64,000 bases of DNA from Nitrospirota bacterium (GTDB taxonomy: Bacteria > Nitrospirota > UBA9217): positions 1,504,001-1,568,000 of the forward strand of contig CAVVUN010000015.1 in the NCBI GenBank assembly GCA_963751455.1, read 5' to 3'. The translations under genes were made by a program, and so were the position numbers. Positions 33,273 to 44,187 of this stretch are shown here, one piece after another. The notes below the pieces were generated by a model. It saw only the letters and a program-made list of their open reading frames with translations, was not told the origin of the DNA and ran no database searches. Numbering within the stretch: the stretch's first letter is position 1; each line of letters opens with the position of its first letter.

Positions 33273-34881
33273 ATAAATCGGACAGCGAGCAGAAGCAAGC
33301 TGATATCCAAAGGTTGAACGCGCTCCTGACGTCGCTCAATATAACATATACTATGGCGCAGGACATGGACGAATTTACGTCGGCACTGCGATCAGGAAGA
33401 TACAACACCTACATCCTGGTTGACGTCAAGCAGCCCGTCATCGGGCAGGAAGTCCGGGAAGCGATCCACTCCGGCGACGGACTAATCTTCATCAAAACAA
33501 AACCGAACGCAGATCCCTTCCTGGATGATGTGTTTGGCGTTACATTCTCCGGCAAGACGACGAATGAAAATCTTAGTGTTGACCTGCTGTCTAGCCCGAT
33601 CAGCAGTGAGGGAACGCTCCAGACATCCGGAAAGAGTGTCGTATCGACGATAACTTCTACGACGACTCAGATATTCGGCTCGGTTCTTGATAAAAAGAAT
33701 TTGTATCCTTCCGTTATTTTCAACCGTTATGAACAGGGTAAGATGCTTCTTTACACCTTCGATCTTCTGAGGGCATCCGATCAGTCGCTTGCTTCGGCAC
33801 TGCTGATCGAAAGCCTTAACCTCGTACGACCTGCAGCGGAAATACCGAGGGCACTGGCCAGTGTGCCGCTCAGAATAACACTTTCAAATTCGAACGAGTC
33901 TGTGGAAGTGAAGGTAACGGAAACCTTCCCATCCGTCGCCACGGTTGACACCGTCATTCCGAATGTAACGCCTGCAGATAACACGCTAACCTGGCGGAAA
34001 TCGATTGCCGCTGATGAGAAAACCAGGTTCGGGTATTATCTTAATTTGCCCGACCTGCCCGGGAATTACCTTACGAAGACTGAGGTATCATACAACAATA
34101 ACGGTTTATTCAGACCGTACGGTCAGTATGAACTCATGCTGACCGTGATAAATGGTTCCGATGAGCTGCACGATAAAATCATCTCAGATTTGAGAAATAT
34201 AAAGGTAGACAAAGCTGCTGACAATGATCTCGTCGTTGCAGTTATCGACCGGTTATTGTTGATAGATGTGAGCGCTGCAAACAGGAAGCAGTCGGAAGAC
34301 AACATCAGGCACATCATAGAGGCAATTGATGAGCTGCGAAAGATATCGACTGATGTATCTGGTATACGAATCGAGCTGGATCAGCTGCTCAAGATATGGG
34401 AAAAGAAATGGTATTTGATGTAATAAAATGAGCCCACGAGATGCTTGAGCTAGCTGGTCAAAAAATTCTCGAATTTGGGATAGGCGTGTTGCATAAATGT
34501 TCCCTGCGGTTTACGCAGCAAGCCTCGAAAGAGGACGTTGACCGCGCTTTATTACTCCTGATGAAGGCGTTTGGGCATCACGATCTTCCAAAGCCGCAGC
34601 AAAAGCGAGCAGGTTTACCTGCGCAGATGCGCTGTATTGCCCAAAAATAAATACTCCCCTAAGATTTTTATCCCGCTTGATTTTCGTCCCGTTTGGTTAA
34701 GCAGTACAGGATTATTTTGTTCGTACAGCGGGTTTGCAGGTGTGTTCTACGAGGTCTTGATGACCCGAAACCAGGCCTGTCTCTAAATCTGTGCCCCGGG
34801 AAGAACAGCCTCAAAGAAGGGAACAGGGACTGAATTATTAATAAAGTATTTGCGCGGAGGCGTAAACCTTCTCCTGAACTC

Positions 34882-35112
34882 TCATTTAGCACCAGCGCAC
34901 CTCTGCAACTCCAGTGTTCTGTCCAGGTCATCGGGCTCGAGGGCGCCGAACCGCACAAGGATTTCTCCCAGGCGCTGATTCGTGTACTTCTGATGTTCAA
35001 GAGCCAGTTCAAGATCCTGCTGCAGGATTATTTCGTCCGCGAGCAAAAGAGAGCCGATCGGGACCTTTACTTTGCTGTTCATGGCCGTCATCTCCGCTAT
35101 GGTTTTTTTCAT
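34882..35112 (-). CDS. Small stand-alone MshEN-like (c-di-GMP-binding) protein
   Basis: Tandem motifs PIGSLLLADEIILQQDLELALEHQ and RLGEILVRFGALEPDDLDRTLELQ; RBS gggagg before MKKT. Confidence 0.7.
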   Translation of the reverse strand: MKKTIAEMTAMNSKVKVPIGSLLLADEIILQQDLELALEHQKYTNQRLGEILVRFGALEPDDLDRTLELQRCAGAK

Positions 35113-35593
35113 CGATGTTGCCCTCCCTTGAGATATATCAAGTTTTAACTTCAAAATATGGATAAACATTAAATTTTGATATAACCAAATTACACTGTAT
35201 AAGATTTTATTTGTCTGACAATTTGTAAAAAACTTAAAAAATGGTTACGAGGGCTATGGTATATAACTTATTGATAATAAATGATAATTATCTGAATAAC
35301 GAAGTTCATGGGCAGATTTATTTTTATTAGCAGGGATAGTTGTAGAGAGCGGACAGACCGACGAGATTGACAAAAAACCATGTGACTATATAATCAATAT
35401 TAGATGAGTACGAATAATTCCTCACTTAAACACGAACCATTTCGTTTTATAGCAATGTTTTGCAGACAGTATTGCGAATGGTCACGCGCTTAGTCTAAGG
35501 AAATGTTTTCCATAAGGTCACCGGTCACCTGGTCGCTTAAGGTTGATTCTACGCCTGCACCCCAGCTGATGGAATTAATCCTCGCCCAATCAG

Positions 35594-35629
35594 CCCATCT
35601 CCCTTTAGGAGAGGGACCGGGTGAGGGGG
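35594..35629. repeat. REP-like element (CTCCC...GGAGAGGG...GGTGAGGGG)
   Basis: cccatctccctttaggagagggaccgggtgagggg; similar to 26243-26281. Confidence 0.6.
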
Positions 35630-35717
35630 CCAGTTGGAGTAATACCCTGCTCTTATGGCTGCGTCAAAATGTTTGATCTTAATCAGAAAGGCTCGGCCGG
35701 CAATGACATTCCATGCA

Positions 35718-36167
35718 ATGAAAAGACTTATATTATTCATAATGCTGGTGCAGGTTTCAGTATACGAAGTTGAAGCCAGTGAAAACGTGTGCAGTATGTT
35801 CTATCAGGGTTTAAAAGGCGTTCCCCATGACAGTCTTGTAATCAAGGAACGAATTATTCAATCGCAATTCTACAAGTTTAAAGGGTGTGAAGTCATTTTT
35901 ACGAGCAATGAGCGTCTAATGCACGATTCTAAACTTCCGTCTTTTGAGGCTGAGAAAGGCTCGAAGCTGTATGATACAGGATGGAGGATTGATGAACAAC
36001 ATAGAGCAGACGGTCCCGGAACCGGTTCCTATCGAATCGTGAAGGATAAGATAGAATGCAATATCGATTGGGACCATCATGCCTGGCTTGCGGAACCGGC
36101 TATATTAGAACAAAGTGAATTCATTAATATGACAGTTCAGTGTACGGACGATTCATTATCGAACTGA
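35718..36167 (+). CDS. Hypothetical exported protein
   Basis: Signal peptide-like MKRLILFIMLVQ; four Cys; ADGPG motif. Confidence 0.55.
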   Translation: MKRLILFIMLVQVSVYEVEASENVCSMFYQGLKGVPHDSLVIKERIIQSQFYKFKGCEVIFTSNERLMHDSKLPSFEAEKGSKLYDTGWRIDEQHRADGPGTGSYRIVKDKIECNIDWDHHAWLAEPAILEQSEFINMTVQCTDDSLSN

Positions 36168-36389
36168 ATTATAAAAATTGAAAGTTTACCGCTGGTACGC
36201 TGCCCTCACCGCACATTCAATACCCTGTTCCTTCCCCCAAATCCGCAACAAATAATTACGTTCGCGGTTCCCTCGCGTAACGACGCAAAGATGCACCGGC
36301 CACAGGCGAGAGCAAGCATGTCTTGGCCTGAGACAAGCTTTTTATTGCATCTTTAAGTAAGCATTGCTATTATTACAAGCAAAAATATT

Positions 36390-36665
36390 ATGAAGAAACC
36401 TATTGGATCTGAAAAATCATGTATCCGTTTCCCGTGCTCTTTTCCTTTGAAAGTCATGGGACTGAACAACGAATTGTTTGAACCCGCGATGAAGAAGGTC
36501 TTCGAAGCGTTTGTCCGGACAGGACCGATCTTCTACGAAAAACAGCTCAGCAGCGGCGGCAAGTACGTATCGATAACCGCTACGTTTACAGCTGTAAGCC
36601 GGGAAAAGTTGGACGCTCTTTACCTCGCACTGAACAGTCATGAACTGGTTGCAATGACGCTTTAA
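36390..36665 (+). CDS. DUF493/YbeD-family protein
   Basis: FPCSFPLKVMG, SSGGKYVSIT and LDALYLAL motifs. Confidence 0.85.
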   Translation: MKKPIGSEKSCIRFPCSFPLKVMGLNNELFEPAMKKVFEAFVRTGPIFYEKQLSSGGKYVSITATFTAVSREKLDALYLALNSHELVAMTL

Positions 36666-36810
36666 GACAGTGCAAATTTCAAATTGTAAGTTATGGTGTG
36701 TGGCCTGGGGCCACGCATTGAATAAAAGCATTTGCACCTTGCACTAGCTGCGGCCTTTAAGCCCCGCTATTCAAGCCAGCGCAATATAAACGGAAAGAGA
36801 GCGTAAAGAC

Positions 36811-38340
36811 ATGGAACACAATTCCGAAGAAATTGATAAATGCATTGCAATGCTTGACGCTCTCGCAAGGGATCCGGAACGCTTTGCGACTCTTCCGGAA
36901 GTGCAGAGGATACCTCTTTTAAAGGCGGCCGGAGAGATATCCCGGCCCGGCAGAGCTGAAGCGAAAAAAAGAAGTAAAGCCGCAAAAAAAGCCCTGAGCC
37001 TGACGCTGCTTGAAAAAGATCGGCGCGCCAGAAATACTACGGGCATCCGCAACGCGCGCATGGGTGTGACTTTCAATGCGCCTCCCCGGATAGAGATTGG
37101 TCCGTCCGGCACGGAGCAGCGCAGGGAAACAATCCACGCGCCGCGCAACTGCTACGTATGCAAGAAAGAATATACCGAGCTGCACTTTTTCTATGATGCC
37201 ATGTGCAAAAAATGCGGCGACCTCAATTACCGCAAGCGTTTTCAAACAGCGCCTCTCCACGGGCAGGTTGCTTTGATCACCGGCGCACGCGTTAAAATCG
37301 GTTTTCAGGCCGCGCTCCTGATGCTGCGGGCCGGCGCCACGGTCATTGCGACGACCCGGTTTCCGGTTGACGCAGCCCTGCGGTATTCACGGGAAGAGGG
37401 GTATGCAGTCTGGGGAGACAGGCTTCATATTCACGGTCTTGATCTGCGGCATATTCCGAGTGTGGAGCTGTTTACCCGCTACCTGGAACAGCGGCACGGG
37501 CGCCTTGACCTCTTGATCAATAACGCGGCGCAAACCGTGCGGCGGCCCCCGGGATTTTATGCGCATCTCCTTGAAAACGAAAAGAACGGTTTGAACGCTT
37601 TGTCCGAGGAGGCGCACAAGCTTCTTAGCGACCATGATACATGCAAAAAACAGCTTGTTTCCGTGTCCAATATTAACGGCAATCAGGATATTGCCCTTGC
37701 TCCAGTATGGCAGGACCATAGCCCGGGCATCGGTCTTCGCGAATCCGCGCATCTGTCGCAGATTTCCTATGGCCACGATGATTTGCAGGTTTCGGAAGAA
37801 CTGTTTCCAAAAGGGAAGCTTGACTCCGATCTCCAGCAGGTGGATCTGCGGAAGACGAACAGCTGGCGCTTGCGGCTCGGTGAGATACCCGCCATGGAAA
37901 TGCTCGAAGTGCAAATGGTGAATGCCGTGGCGCCCTTTGTGCTGTGCAACAGGCTGGTGTCGCTTATGCGGAGTGACTACACCGGGCAAAAGCATATCGT
38001 AAATGTGACGGCCATGGAAGGCAAGTTCTTCAGATTCCGGAAGGACGACAGGCATCCGCATACGAACATGGCGAAAGCAGCCCTGAACATGATGACGCAT
38101 ACCTCAGCCGAGGACCTTGCCAGAGACGGCATCTATATGAATGCGGTGGATACCGGCTGGGTCACAGATGAAGACCCCGCCGATCTTTCCCAATTCAAGC
38201 AGAAAGTGCATGATTTCCAGCCCCCGCTTGATATTGTCGACGGAGCCGCCAGGGTCTGCGATCCTTTCTTCGACGGCATCCTGACCGGCAAGCACTGGTG
38301 CGGAAAATTTCTCAAGGATTATTTCCCGATCGACTGGTAG
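36811..38340 (+). CDS. SDR-family oxidoreductase with N-terminal Cys motif
   Basis: CYVCK...CKKC; TGARVKIG; LINNAAQT; [13 protein letters not shown]; [10 protein letters not shown]. Confidence 0.85.
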   Translation: MEHNSEEIDKCIAMLDALARDPERFATLPEVQRIPLLKAAGEISRPGRAEAKKRSKAAKKALSLTLLEKDRRARNTTGIRNARMGVTFNAPPRIEIGPSGTEQRRETIHAPRNCYVCKKEYTELHFFYDAMCKKCGDLNYRKRFQTAPLHGQVALITGARVKIGFQAALLMLRAGATVIATTRFPVDAALRYSREEGYAVWGDRLHIHGLDLRHIPSVELFTRYLEQRHGRLDLLINNAAQTVRRPPGFYAHLLENEKNGLNALSEEAHKLLSDHDTCKKQLVSVSNINGNQDIALAPVWQDHSPGIGLRESAHLSQISYGHDDLQVSEELFPKGKLDSDLQQVDLRKTNSWRLRLGEIPAMEMLEVQMVNAVAPFVLCNRLVSLMRSDYTGQKHIVNVTAMEGKFFRFRKDDRHPHTNMAKAALNMMTHTSAEDLARDGIYMNAVDTGWVTDEDPADLSQFKQKVHDFQPPLDIVDGAARVCDPFFDGILTGKHWCGKFLKDYFPIDW

Positions 38341-38816
38341 GGTGAGAAAGACTTAAAGGCGACATGAAAGCGACGAAATGACAGGCCGACGTAAAAGGGA
38401 TTTCGGATGTGCGAGAGCCTTCCTTTTTTTCTGTACCACCGTTCATATATGATGCGCGTATCAACTGCGACAAGATCATTTATTCCTCCTGCTCGGAGAT
38501 ATATACAGAACTATCGTACGCAATTCTGTTTTAAAAAGCGATGTTTTTTTCGATCGTGTAGCTTGCATCCTGCATCTTTTCTTTTGCCCCAGTCGCCCCG
38601 CCGCCTCTACCCACTCCGCTCGCCGCAATCGCAACTCAGAACTCAGTTTTCGGCGATGTTTTTGTGGGTGCCTTGACAGCTCATTCTTTATATGCAGCAT
38701 GCTCTTATTATCACCGATTTCCTGTATGATAAAATATAACTAGAATGTCTTTTGTATTGACTCATTATAGGGGCCGATAAGAAAGGCATTGAACGTCACA
38801 CGAAGGAGATTATGTT

Positions 38817-39203
38817 ATGGCTACTGTAGCTACGCAAGTTAACCCAGTAATCTGGTTTGAGATCCCGGTGATAGAAATCAAGAGAGCGCAAAAATTCTAT
38901 CAAGCCGTGTTCGGCTACGAACTATCCGCCACTCAAATGGGTCCCATGGCGATGGCAATGTTCCCCATGAACCAGGGTGCGGTCGGAGCAGCAGGTTCGC
39001 TTGTACAGGGAGATTCGTACATCCCGTCGCATGCAGGTCCGATTCTCTATTTCAGCGTTGAAGACATCGAAGCAACATTAAAAACGATAAACGCAAACGG
39101 AGGAAAGACGCTAACACCGAAATCAGGCATCGGAGAATACGGATTTATTGCGCATTTTGAGGACACCGAGGGAAACAGGCTGGCTTTGCATTCTATGAAA
39201 TAA
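38817..39203 (+). CDS. VOC/glyoxalase-family protein
   Basis: NPVIWFEIPV...FYQAVFG and FEDTEGNRLALH motifs. Confidence 0.9.
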   Translation: MATVATQVNPVIWFEIPVIEIKRAQKFYQAVFGYELSATQMGPMAMAMFPMNQGAVGAAGSLVQGDSYIPSHAGPILYFSVEDIEATLKTINANGGKTLTPKSGIGEYGFIAHFEDTEGNRLALHSMK

Positions 39204-39224
39204 AGGAACCGGACACGAAAAAAA

Positions 39225-39253
39225 GACCGGGAAGAAGTTCCCTCTTCCCGGTT
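39225..39253 (+). terminator. Hairpin terminator
   Basis: accgggaaga...tcttcccggt stem. Confidence 0.55.
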
Positions 39254-39500
39254 TCAATATCTGAGCGCGGCAGTATCCTGCCAATAACTTGCGCCGTCAC
39301 CCCGACAGCTCCGCAATTGAATGTCTTTCTTGACAAAAAGCTCCATCTCACTATAATCGATCTAACCCAAGTGCCTGACTGAGATCCGGGATATGATATG
39401 ACTGATAGAGTAGCCGGTATATTGTCATAGTTGGCCTACAGCGTCCGATCGATGTCCTCGGAACGGGATGCAACCTCATTCTACTACGCGGGAGAAAATC

Positions 39501-40388
39501 ATGATTAAACCTGCTTCCACTGCAGAAACCTACGGCTTGTTGATTAACCGGGAAACAGCTTTTTCCGACAAGAAGGGGAGGTTCAAAGAGCGCATCAGGA
39601 AGCAGCAGCTCGAGATGCTGAAAAACTATGTGCCGCTGCTGAAGCAGTTCCTCGAACCGGGCGAAATTATACTGCTTGCCATGCGCGGGTGCTCCCCCAT
39701 GACGACCATGGAGCGGATCACCACTGGCTCGACGATCTACTACCTCAAGCGCTGCACCCTGGTCGTGACGGAAAGGCGGATACTGCACTTCCCGGCAAAG
39801 AGGGACTTCTCTCCCCGGCACTCCATCTCGCAGATCCGCTACGGCGACGTGGAGAAGATTAAACCATCTGTCCTCTTGGGCAGGTTTACGGTGAAATACA
39901 AGAGCGCAGCCAAGGAGACCTTCCTCTCTGTGAAGCAGAGCGCGAAGCTCAAGTCCATTCTGCCGGCCCTCAAGTCAGCCGGCCAGCGGCCCACCGCGAT
40001 CGGCGTACGCCAACATCTTTGCCCAAAGTGCAGGGCAGCGCTGACTCCGGGCGTTTATGTCTGTTCCTCATGCAAGCTGGAATTCAAGAACGAGCGGCGG
40101 GCGAGAAATATATCGATCCTTTATCCCGGAGGAGGGTACTTTTACACCAACCACCCATTCATGGGCACAGTTGACGCAATCGTGGAGACGGGCCTGATTG
40201 CCATGGTAATCCTTGGGTTTGTGAACATGCGCTCAGGCGCTCCTGATCAAGCGGACGGGTGGTTACAGGTCATCTTCTTCGGTTTCATGATTATCCTGGA
40301 AAAGCTCTATTCCCTGTATCATGCAAAACACTATGTGAAGGAATACCTGCCCGTGGAAAAGGACATTAGACCGCTGAAGACCGGATAG
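39501..40388 (+). CDS. Hypothetical membrane protein (PH-like region plus zinc ribbon)
   Basis: LVVTERRIL; CPKC...CSSC; PGGGYFY followed by TM helices. Confidence 0.7.
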   Translation: MIKPASTAETYGLLINRETAFSDKKGRFKERIRKQQLEMLKNYVPLLKQFLEPGEIILLAMRGCSPMTTMERITTGSTIYYLKRCTLVVTERRILHFPAKRDFSPRHSISQIRYGDVEKIKPSVLLGRFTVKYKSAAKETFLSVKQSAKLKSILPALKSAGQRPTAIGVRQHLCPKCRAALTPGVYVCSSCKLEFKNERRARNISILYPGGGYFYTNHPFMGTVDAIVETGLIAMVILGFVNMRSGAPDQADGWLQVIFFGFMIILEKLYSLYHAKHYVKEYLPVEKDIRPLKTG

Positions 40389-40495
40389 CGGTTTTATTAT
40401 TCTGATTGGTGTGTACGGATCTTTTGGCAACGGATTACAGAGGCGACGAGCAGAAGCGGACAGCGAAATCCTACGGAAACATGTGTGTGATAATA

Positions 40496-40774
40496 ATGAA
40501 CAATCAAGAGATTGACGAGATATTGGGCGTGGTCAGATGCGAACAGTGCGGACACCGGCTCGAAGGCGAGATCGAATGCCCTTTTTGCCCACCCTTCGAG
40601 AAGCCTGTTAGTACGAGATATTTCGCGAAATGGATCTACTTGACAGCCTGCTTTCTTACTTCTCCATTCAGCATTTATTTTATCATCAAAAACAGCCGTC
40701 TGAGCATCATTGAAAAAATATCTGCTTTATCAGGCTGCTGTTTGTGGCTTATTTTGTACCTATCGCAGCTTTAA
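40496..40774 (+). CDS. Small zinc-ribbon membrane protein
   Basis: CEQCG...CPFC followed by two hydrophobic segments. Confidence 0.55.
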   Translation: MNNQEIDEILGVVRCEQCGHRLEGEIECPFCPPFEKPVSTRYFAKWIYLTACFLTSPFSIYFIIKNSRLSIIEKISALSGCCLWLILYLSQL

Positions 40775-41300
40775 AGACAAGGCGCCGGGAATGCGTATAT
40801 TGAAAGGGCGCCTGTTCCGCCGCACCCACATGTCGCTGATTTTCAGGTTTCTTTCGCACTTATAACCTTCAAGGAAAAAGATAATAATAAATATTGAGGC
40901 TTCAGCGGGCATTTAAGACGATTCCACCATAACGCTCAATAGTTTATATCTCGCCTTCGCTTTAGCGTCACTACCTTAACCCTCCTTGCGACATTGTGTT
41001 ACAAAAAGTTTTATCAACAAAACCTGCGAAATCATGCTGATTCTTCCTGCATATTTACTTGATAACTGCCTATCTGTATGATACATATTCAAGCTATGCG
41101 GGAAAAGTATCAGTTTCGGCAAAAAGATGCCATGAGAATCGCTAGTTTGAGGACCTTTCATCGGGAGCTTATCGAATAAGAAACTGCATTCATGTAAAAA
41201 AAACATGGCATATGTTTTACCCTGAACTCGGGACCAGGAATCAATACCGGATGTTTCCAAGACTGAGCAGAGCAGTTCCTGCATTTGTCGGGAGGTTCGC

Positions 41301-43715
41301 ATGGCAGACAAAAAAAGACCGCGTGGCAAAAAGAACGGGAAGGCAGATCGATCCTTAAAGATGACTGCACCCGCAATACGGCCTGTAAAACCGCGCAAAC
41401 AGGCATCGCATGGGGACCAAAAAAGTGCCGAGGCTAAACTGCGGGAAAGCGAAGACAAGTTCCGGTCTATATTTGAAGAGGTGATCGACGGGATCATGAT
41501 GGCCGACGCGGAGACCAACAGGCAGATTGAGGCAAATAAAGCCATGTGCACCATGCTCGGCTATACCCATGACGAGATTGTCGGCCTGACTATGGATGAT
41601 ATTCACCCGAAAGAGCATCTGCCCGCCATCCGTCGTCTCTTTGATAAACAGCTGCGCGGCGAGATCTCTCTCGCGCCTGAGGTCCCGATGTTGAGAAAGG
41701 ACTGCTCCGTTTTTTACGCGGACATCAATGCCACCCGGGTGACATTAGGCGGAAAGCAGTGCCTCGTCGGCATCTTTCGCGATATCACAGAGCGCAAACG
41801 AGCCGATGCCGCATTGCGAGAGCGAGAGAAGCAGCTTGCCGAGTCCCAGCGCATCGCGCACATCGGATCCTGGGAGCACAACCTGGCAACCGGCAAAGTA
41901 GTCTGGTCCGACGAGCTGTTCCGCCTGCTCGGGCTTGACCCGGGGAAGGACCCGGCTGACTTCAAGATGTTCTTCGACGGTATCCATCCCGACGACCGGC
42001 CTGCCCTGAAAAAGGCGATCGAAGAGACCGTGGAGACCGGCAAGCATTTCAGCATCGACTACCGGTTCAACCTGCGTGACGGAAGAATCAGGATACTGCA
42101 CGCCCAGGCGGAGCTCATACCTGACGCTTCCGGTAACCGGGTGATCTTGAGCGGAACCGGGCAGGACATCACCGAACAAAAGCTGGCCGAGGAGAAGATC
42201 CGCAAGAATGAGGAGTTTATACGAAGCATTCTCGACACCGTTGACGAGGGCTTCATCGTCATTGACCGGGATTACCGCATCCTGACAACCAACAAGGCCT
42301 ACTGCGCCCAGGTAGGCCTGACCTGTGATGAGGTCATCGGCAAGCACTGCTTCGAGGTATCGCACAAGATCAACCGCCCCTGCTACGAAGAGGGCGAAGA
42401 GTGCTCTGTCCGTGGTGTCTTTGCGACCGGGGAGCCGTACGGGGTATTGCATAAGCATGAGGGTCGCGACGGGCACATTCTCTTCGTGGAAACAAAAGGA
42501 TTTCCCATCAAAGACGCATCAGGAAACATCATCTCCGTGATCGAGACCATCAACAATATCACGGAAAAGCATCTCCTTGAAGAAGAACGGCTCAAGACGC
42601 AGAAACTAGAATCGATCGGCACCCTTGCAGGCGGTATTGCCCATGACTTCAATAATCTTTTACAAGGCATTTTCGGGTATATCTCGATGGCCAAAATGAC
42701 CATCAACGCGCAAGAAAAGTCACTGGCTATGCTCCAACAAGCCGAGAAGGCCCTTCATCAGTCGGTCCATCTCACGACCCAGCTCTTGACCTTTTCCAAA
42801 GGCGGCAAGCCGGTAAAGAAATTGATCGACCTGAGACCGGTAATCGAGAACTCTGCAAGATTTACGTTGAGCGGCTCCCGCTCCGATTTCCGCCTGAACA
42901 TTCCGGAGGACCTGTGGCAGGCTGAGGTCGATGAGGGCCAGCTGGGGCAGGTCATCCAGAACATCGTGCTGAACGCGGACCAGGCAATGCCGGTCGGCGG
43001 CACAATCATAATCAGCGCAGCAAACAGGGCGGAGGGCGATGCAGCGTTGCCCCTTGGACTTGCAAAGGGGAACTATATCCTGATAGCGATCCAGGACACC
43101 GGTGTCGGTATACCGGAACAGTATTTGGGCAAGATCTTCGACCCCTATTTCACGACAAAAGAAAAGGGAAGCGGTCTTGGGCTGGCTACCTCATATTCGA
43201 TTGTCAGAAATCACGGCGGCTTGATCGATGTCAATACGAAATCGGGCGAAGGCTGCACGTTTATGATCTATCTTTCTGCAATCGCCGGGTGCGGCCGGAT
43301 AGAAGCACCAGTGAAGCCGCAAGAGCTTTCCGCGAGGCGCAGAGCAAGGATCCTGGTAATGGATGATGAGGAGCTTGTCAGGGATCTGGGCAGGGAACTG
43401 CTTGGCATGCTGGGCCATGACGTGGAGATCGCTAAACACGGACAGGAGGCTCTGGAAAAATATAAGGATGCGATGGCAGAGGGGCGACCCTTTGACCTCG
43501 TTATCCTGGACCTCACCGTACGGGGAGGCATGGGAGGATCTGAGACGATACAAAAGCTTGTCAAGATCGATCCTGCAGTCAAGGCGATGGTTACGAGCGG
43601 GTATTCCGATGATGCCATAATAGCGAATCATCTGGAGCACGGCTTTAAGGCGTATCTCAAGAAACCATATGATATAGATGAATTGGGCGATATTGTGAAT
43701 TCTCTGTTATCATGA
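41301..43715 (+). CDS. Cytoplasmic hybrid histidine kinase (3 PAS, HisKA, HATPase, REC)
   Basis: DITE motifs; GGIAHDFNNLL; FDPYFTTK; GSGLGL; VMDDE...LDLT...KPY. Confidence 0.93.
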   Translation: MADKKRPRGKKNGKADRSLKMTAPAIRPVKPRKQASHGDQKSAEAKLRESEDKFRSIFEEVIDGIMMADAETNRQIEANKAMCTMLGYTHDEIVGLTMDDIHPKEHLPAIRRLFDKQLRGEISLAPEVPMLRKDCSVFYADINATRVTLGGKQCLVGIFRDITERKRADAALREREKQLAESQRIAHIGSWEHNLATGKVVWSDELFRLLGLDPGKDPADFKMFFDGIHPDDRPALKKAIEETVETGKHFSIDYRFNLRDGRIRILHAQAELIPDASGNRVILSGTGQDITEQKLAEEKIRKNEEFIRSILDTVDEGFIVIDRDYRILTTNKAYCAQVGLTCDEVIGKHCFEVSHKINRPCYEEGEECSVRGVFATGEPYGVLHKHEGRDGHILFVETKGFPIKDASGNIISVIETINNITEKHLLEEERLKTQKLESIGTLAGGIAHDFNNLLQGIFGYISMAKMTINAQEKSLAMLQQAEKALHQSVHLTTQLLTFSKGGKPVKKLIDLRPVIENSARFTLSGSRSDFRLNIPEDLWQAEVDEGQLGQVIQNIVLNADQAMPVGGTIIISAANRAEGDAALPLGLAKGNYILIAIQDTGVGIPEQYLGKIFDPYFTTKEKGSGLGLATSYSIVRNHGGLIDVNTKSGEGCTFMIYLSAIAGCGRIEAPVKPQELSARRRARILVMDDEELVRDLGRELLGMLGHDVEIAKHGQEALEKYKDAMAEGRPFDLVILDLTVRGGMGGSETIQKLVKIDPAVKAMVTSGYSDDAIIANHLEHGFKAYLKKPYDIDELGDIVNSLLS

Positions 43716-44187
43716 CCCGACGGCGGGAAGGAATAACGGAAACGAACGCTCACGTTCACTTAAATTGATTTAGAATCTTCATACGGCAGATGCTTTAAAT
43801 GACCATGGAAGGTTCGGCAAAAGAAAACATGACTGGAGATCTGTTCAGTTCAGCCGGTCCTTACCATCCCGCTCACCATGCGTAACGCTCATCATTACGG
43901 TTCCTGCAGTTCATTTTGTTTGATCGCTAGCCATCTACTTTTTATCCCGATAATGTCGTTCGAAACGATGCAGACCCGCAAGTCGGCTATTTGCAACATA
44001 ATGAAGTATTCTGCATGCATTTTCATGAAATTGCAGAAACAGTTCTTTTTTCGTTTGACAATACGACATTAGTTTGATACTTATCCGTATAGAGTGATTA
44101 CAGGGTTTCATAGTCTTTAAACTCAACATCGGCGGGAAGAAGCCGGGTCATTATGAATGAAAATATCCACATTGAATGAGGAGGCGT

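Larger units (their letters stand above)
30343..34423 (+). pseudogene. RHS/YD-repeat (DUF6531-like) plus Ig/OmpL47-like protein, internally deleted and IS-interrupted
   Basis: GTYHFTETDL, WDRSYRS, LGYGW and YTFDANGKLTSI, then an out-of-frame jump near 30919 to GTHTINYYSKDNVTN repeats; removing the IS restores GFESDKSDSEQKQ in frame. Confidence 0.75.
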
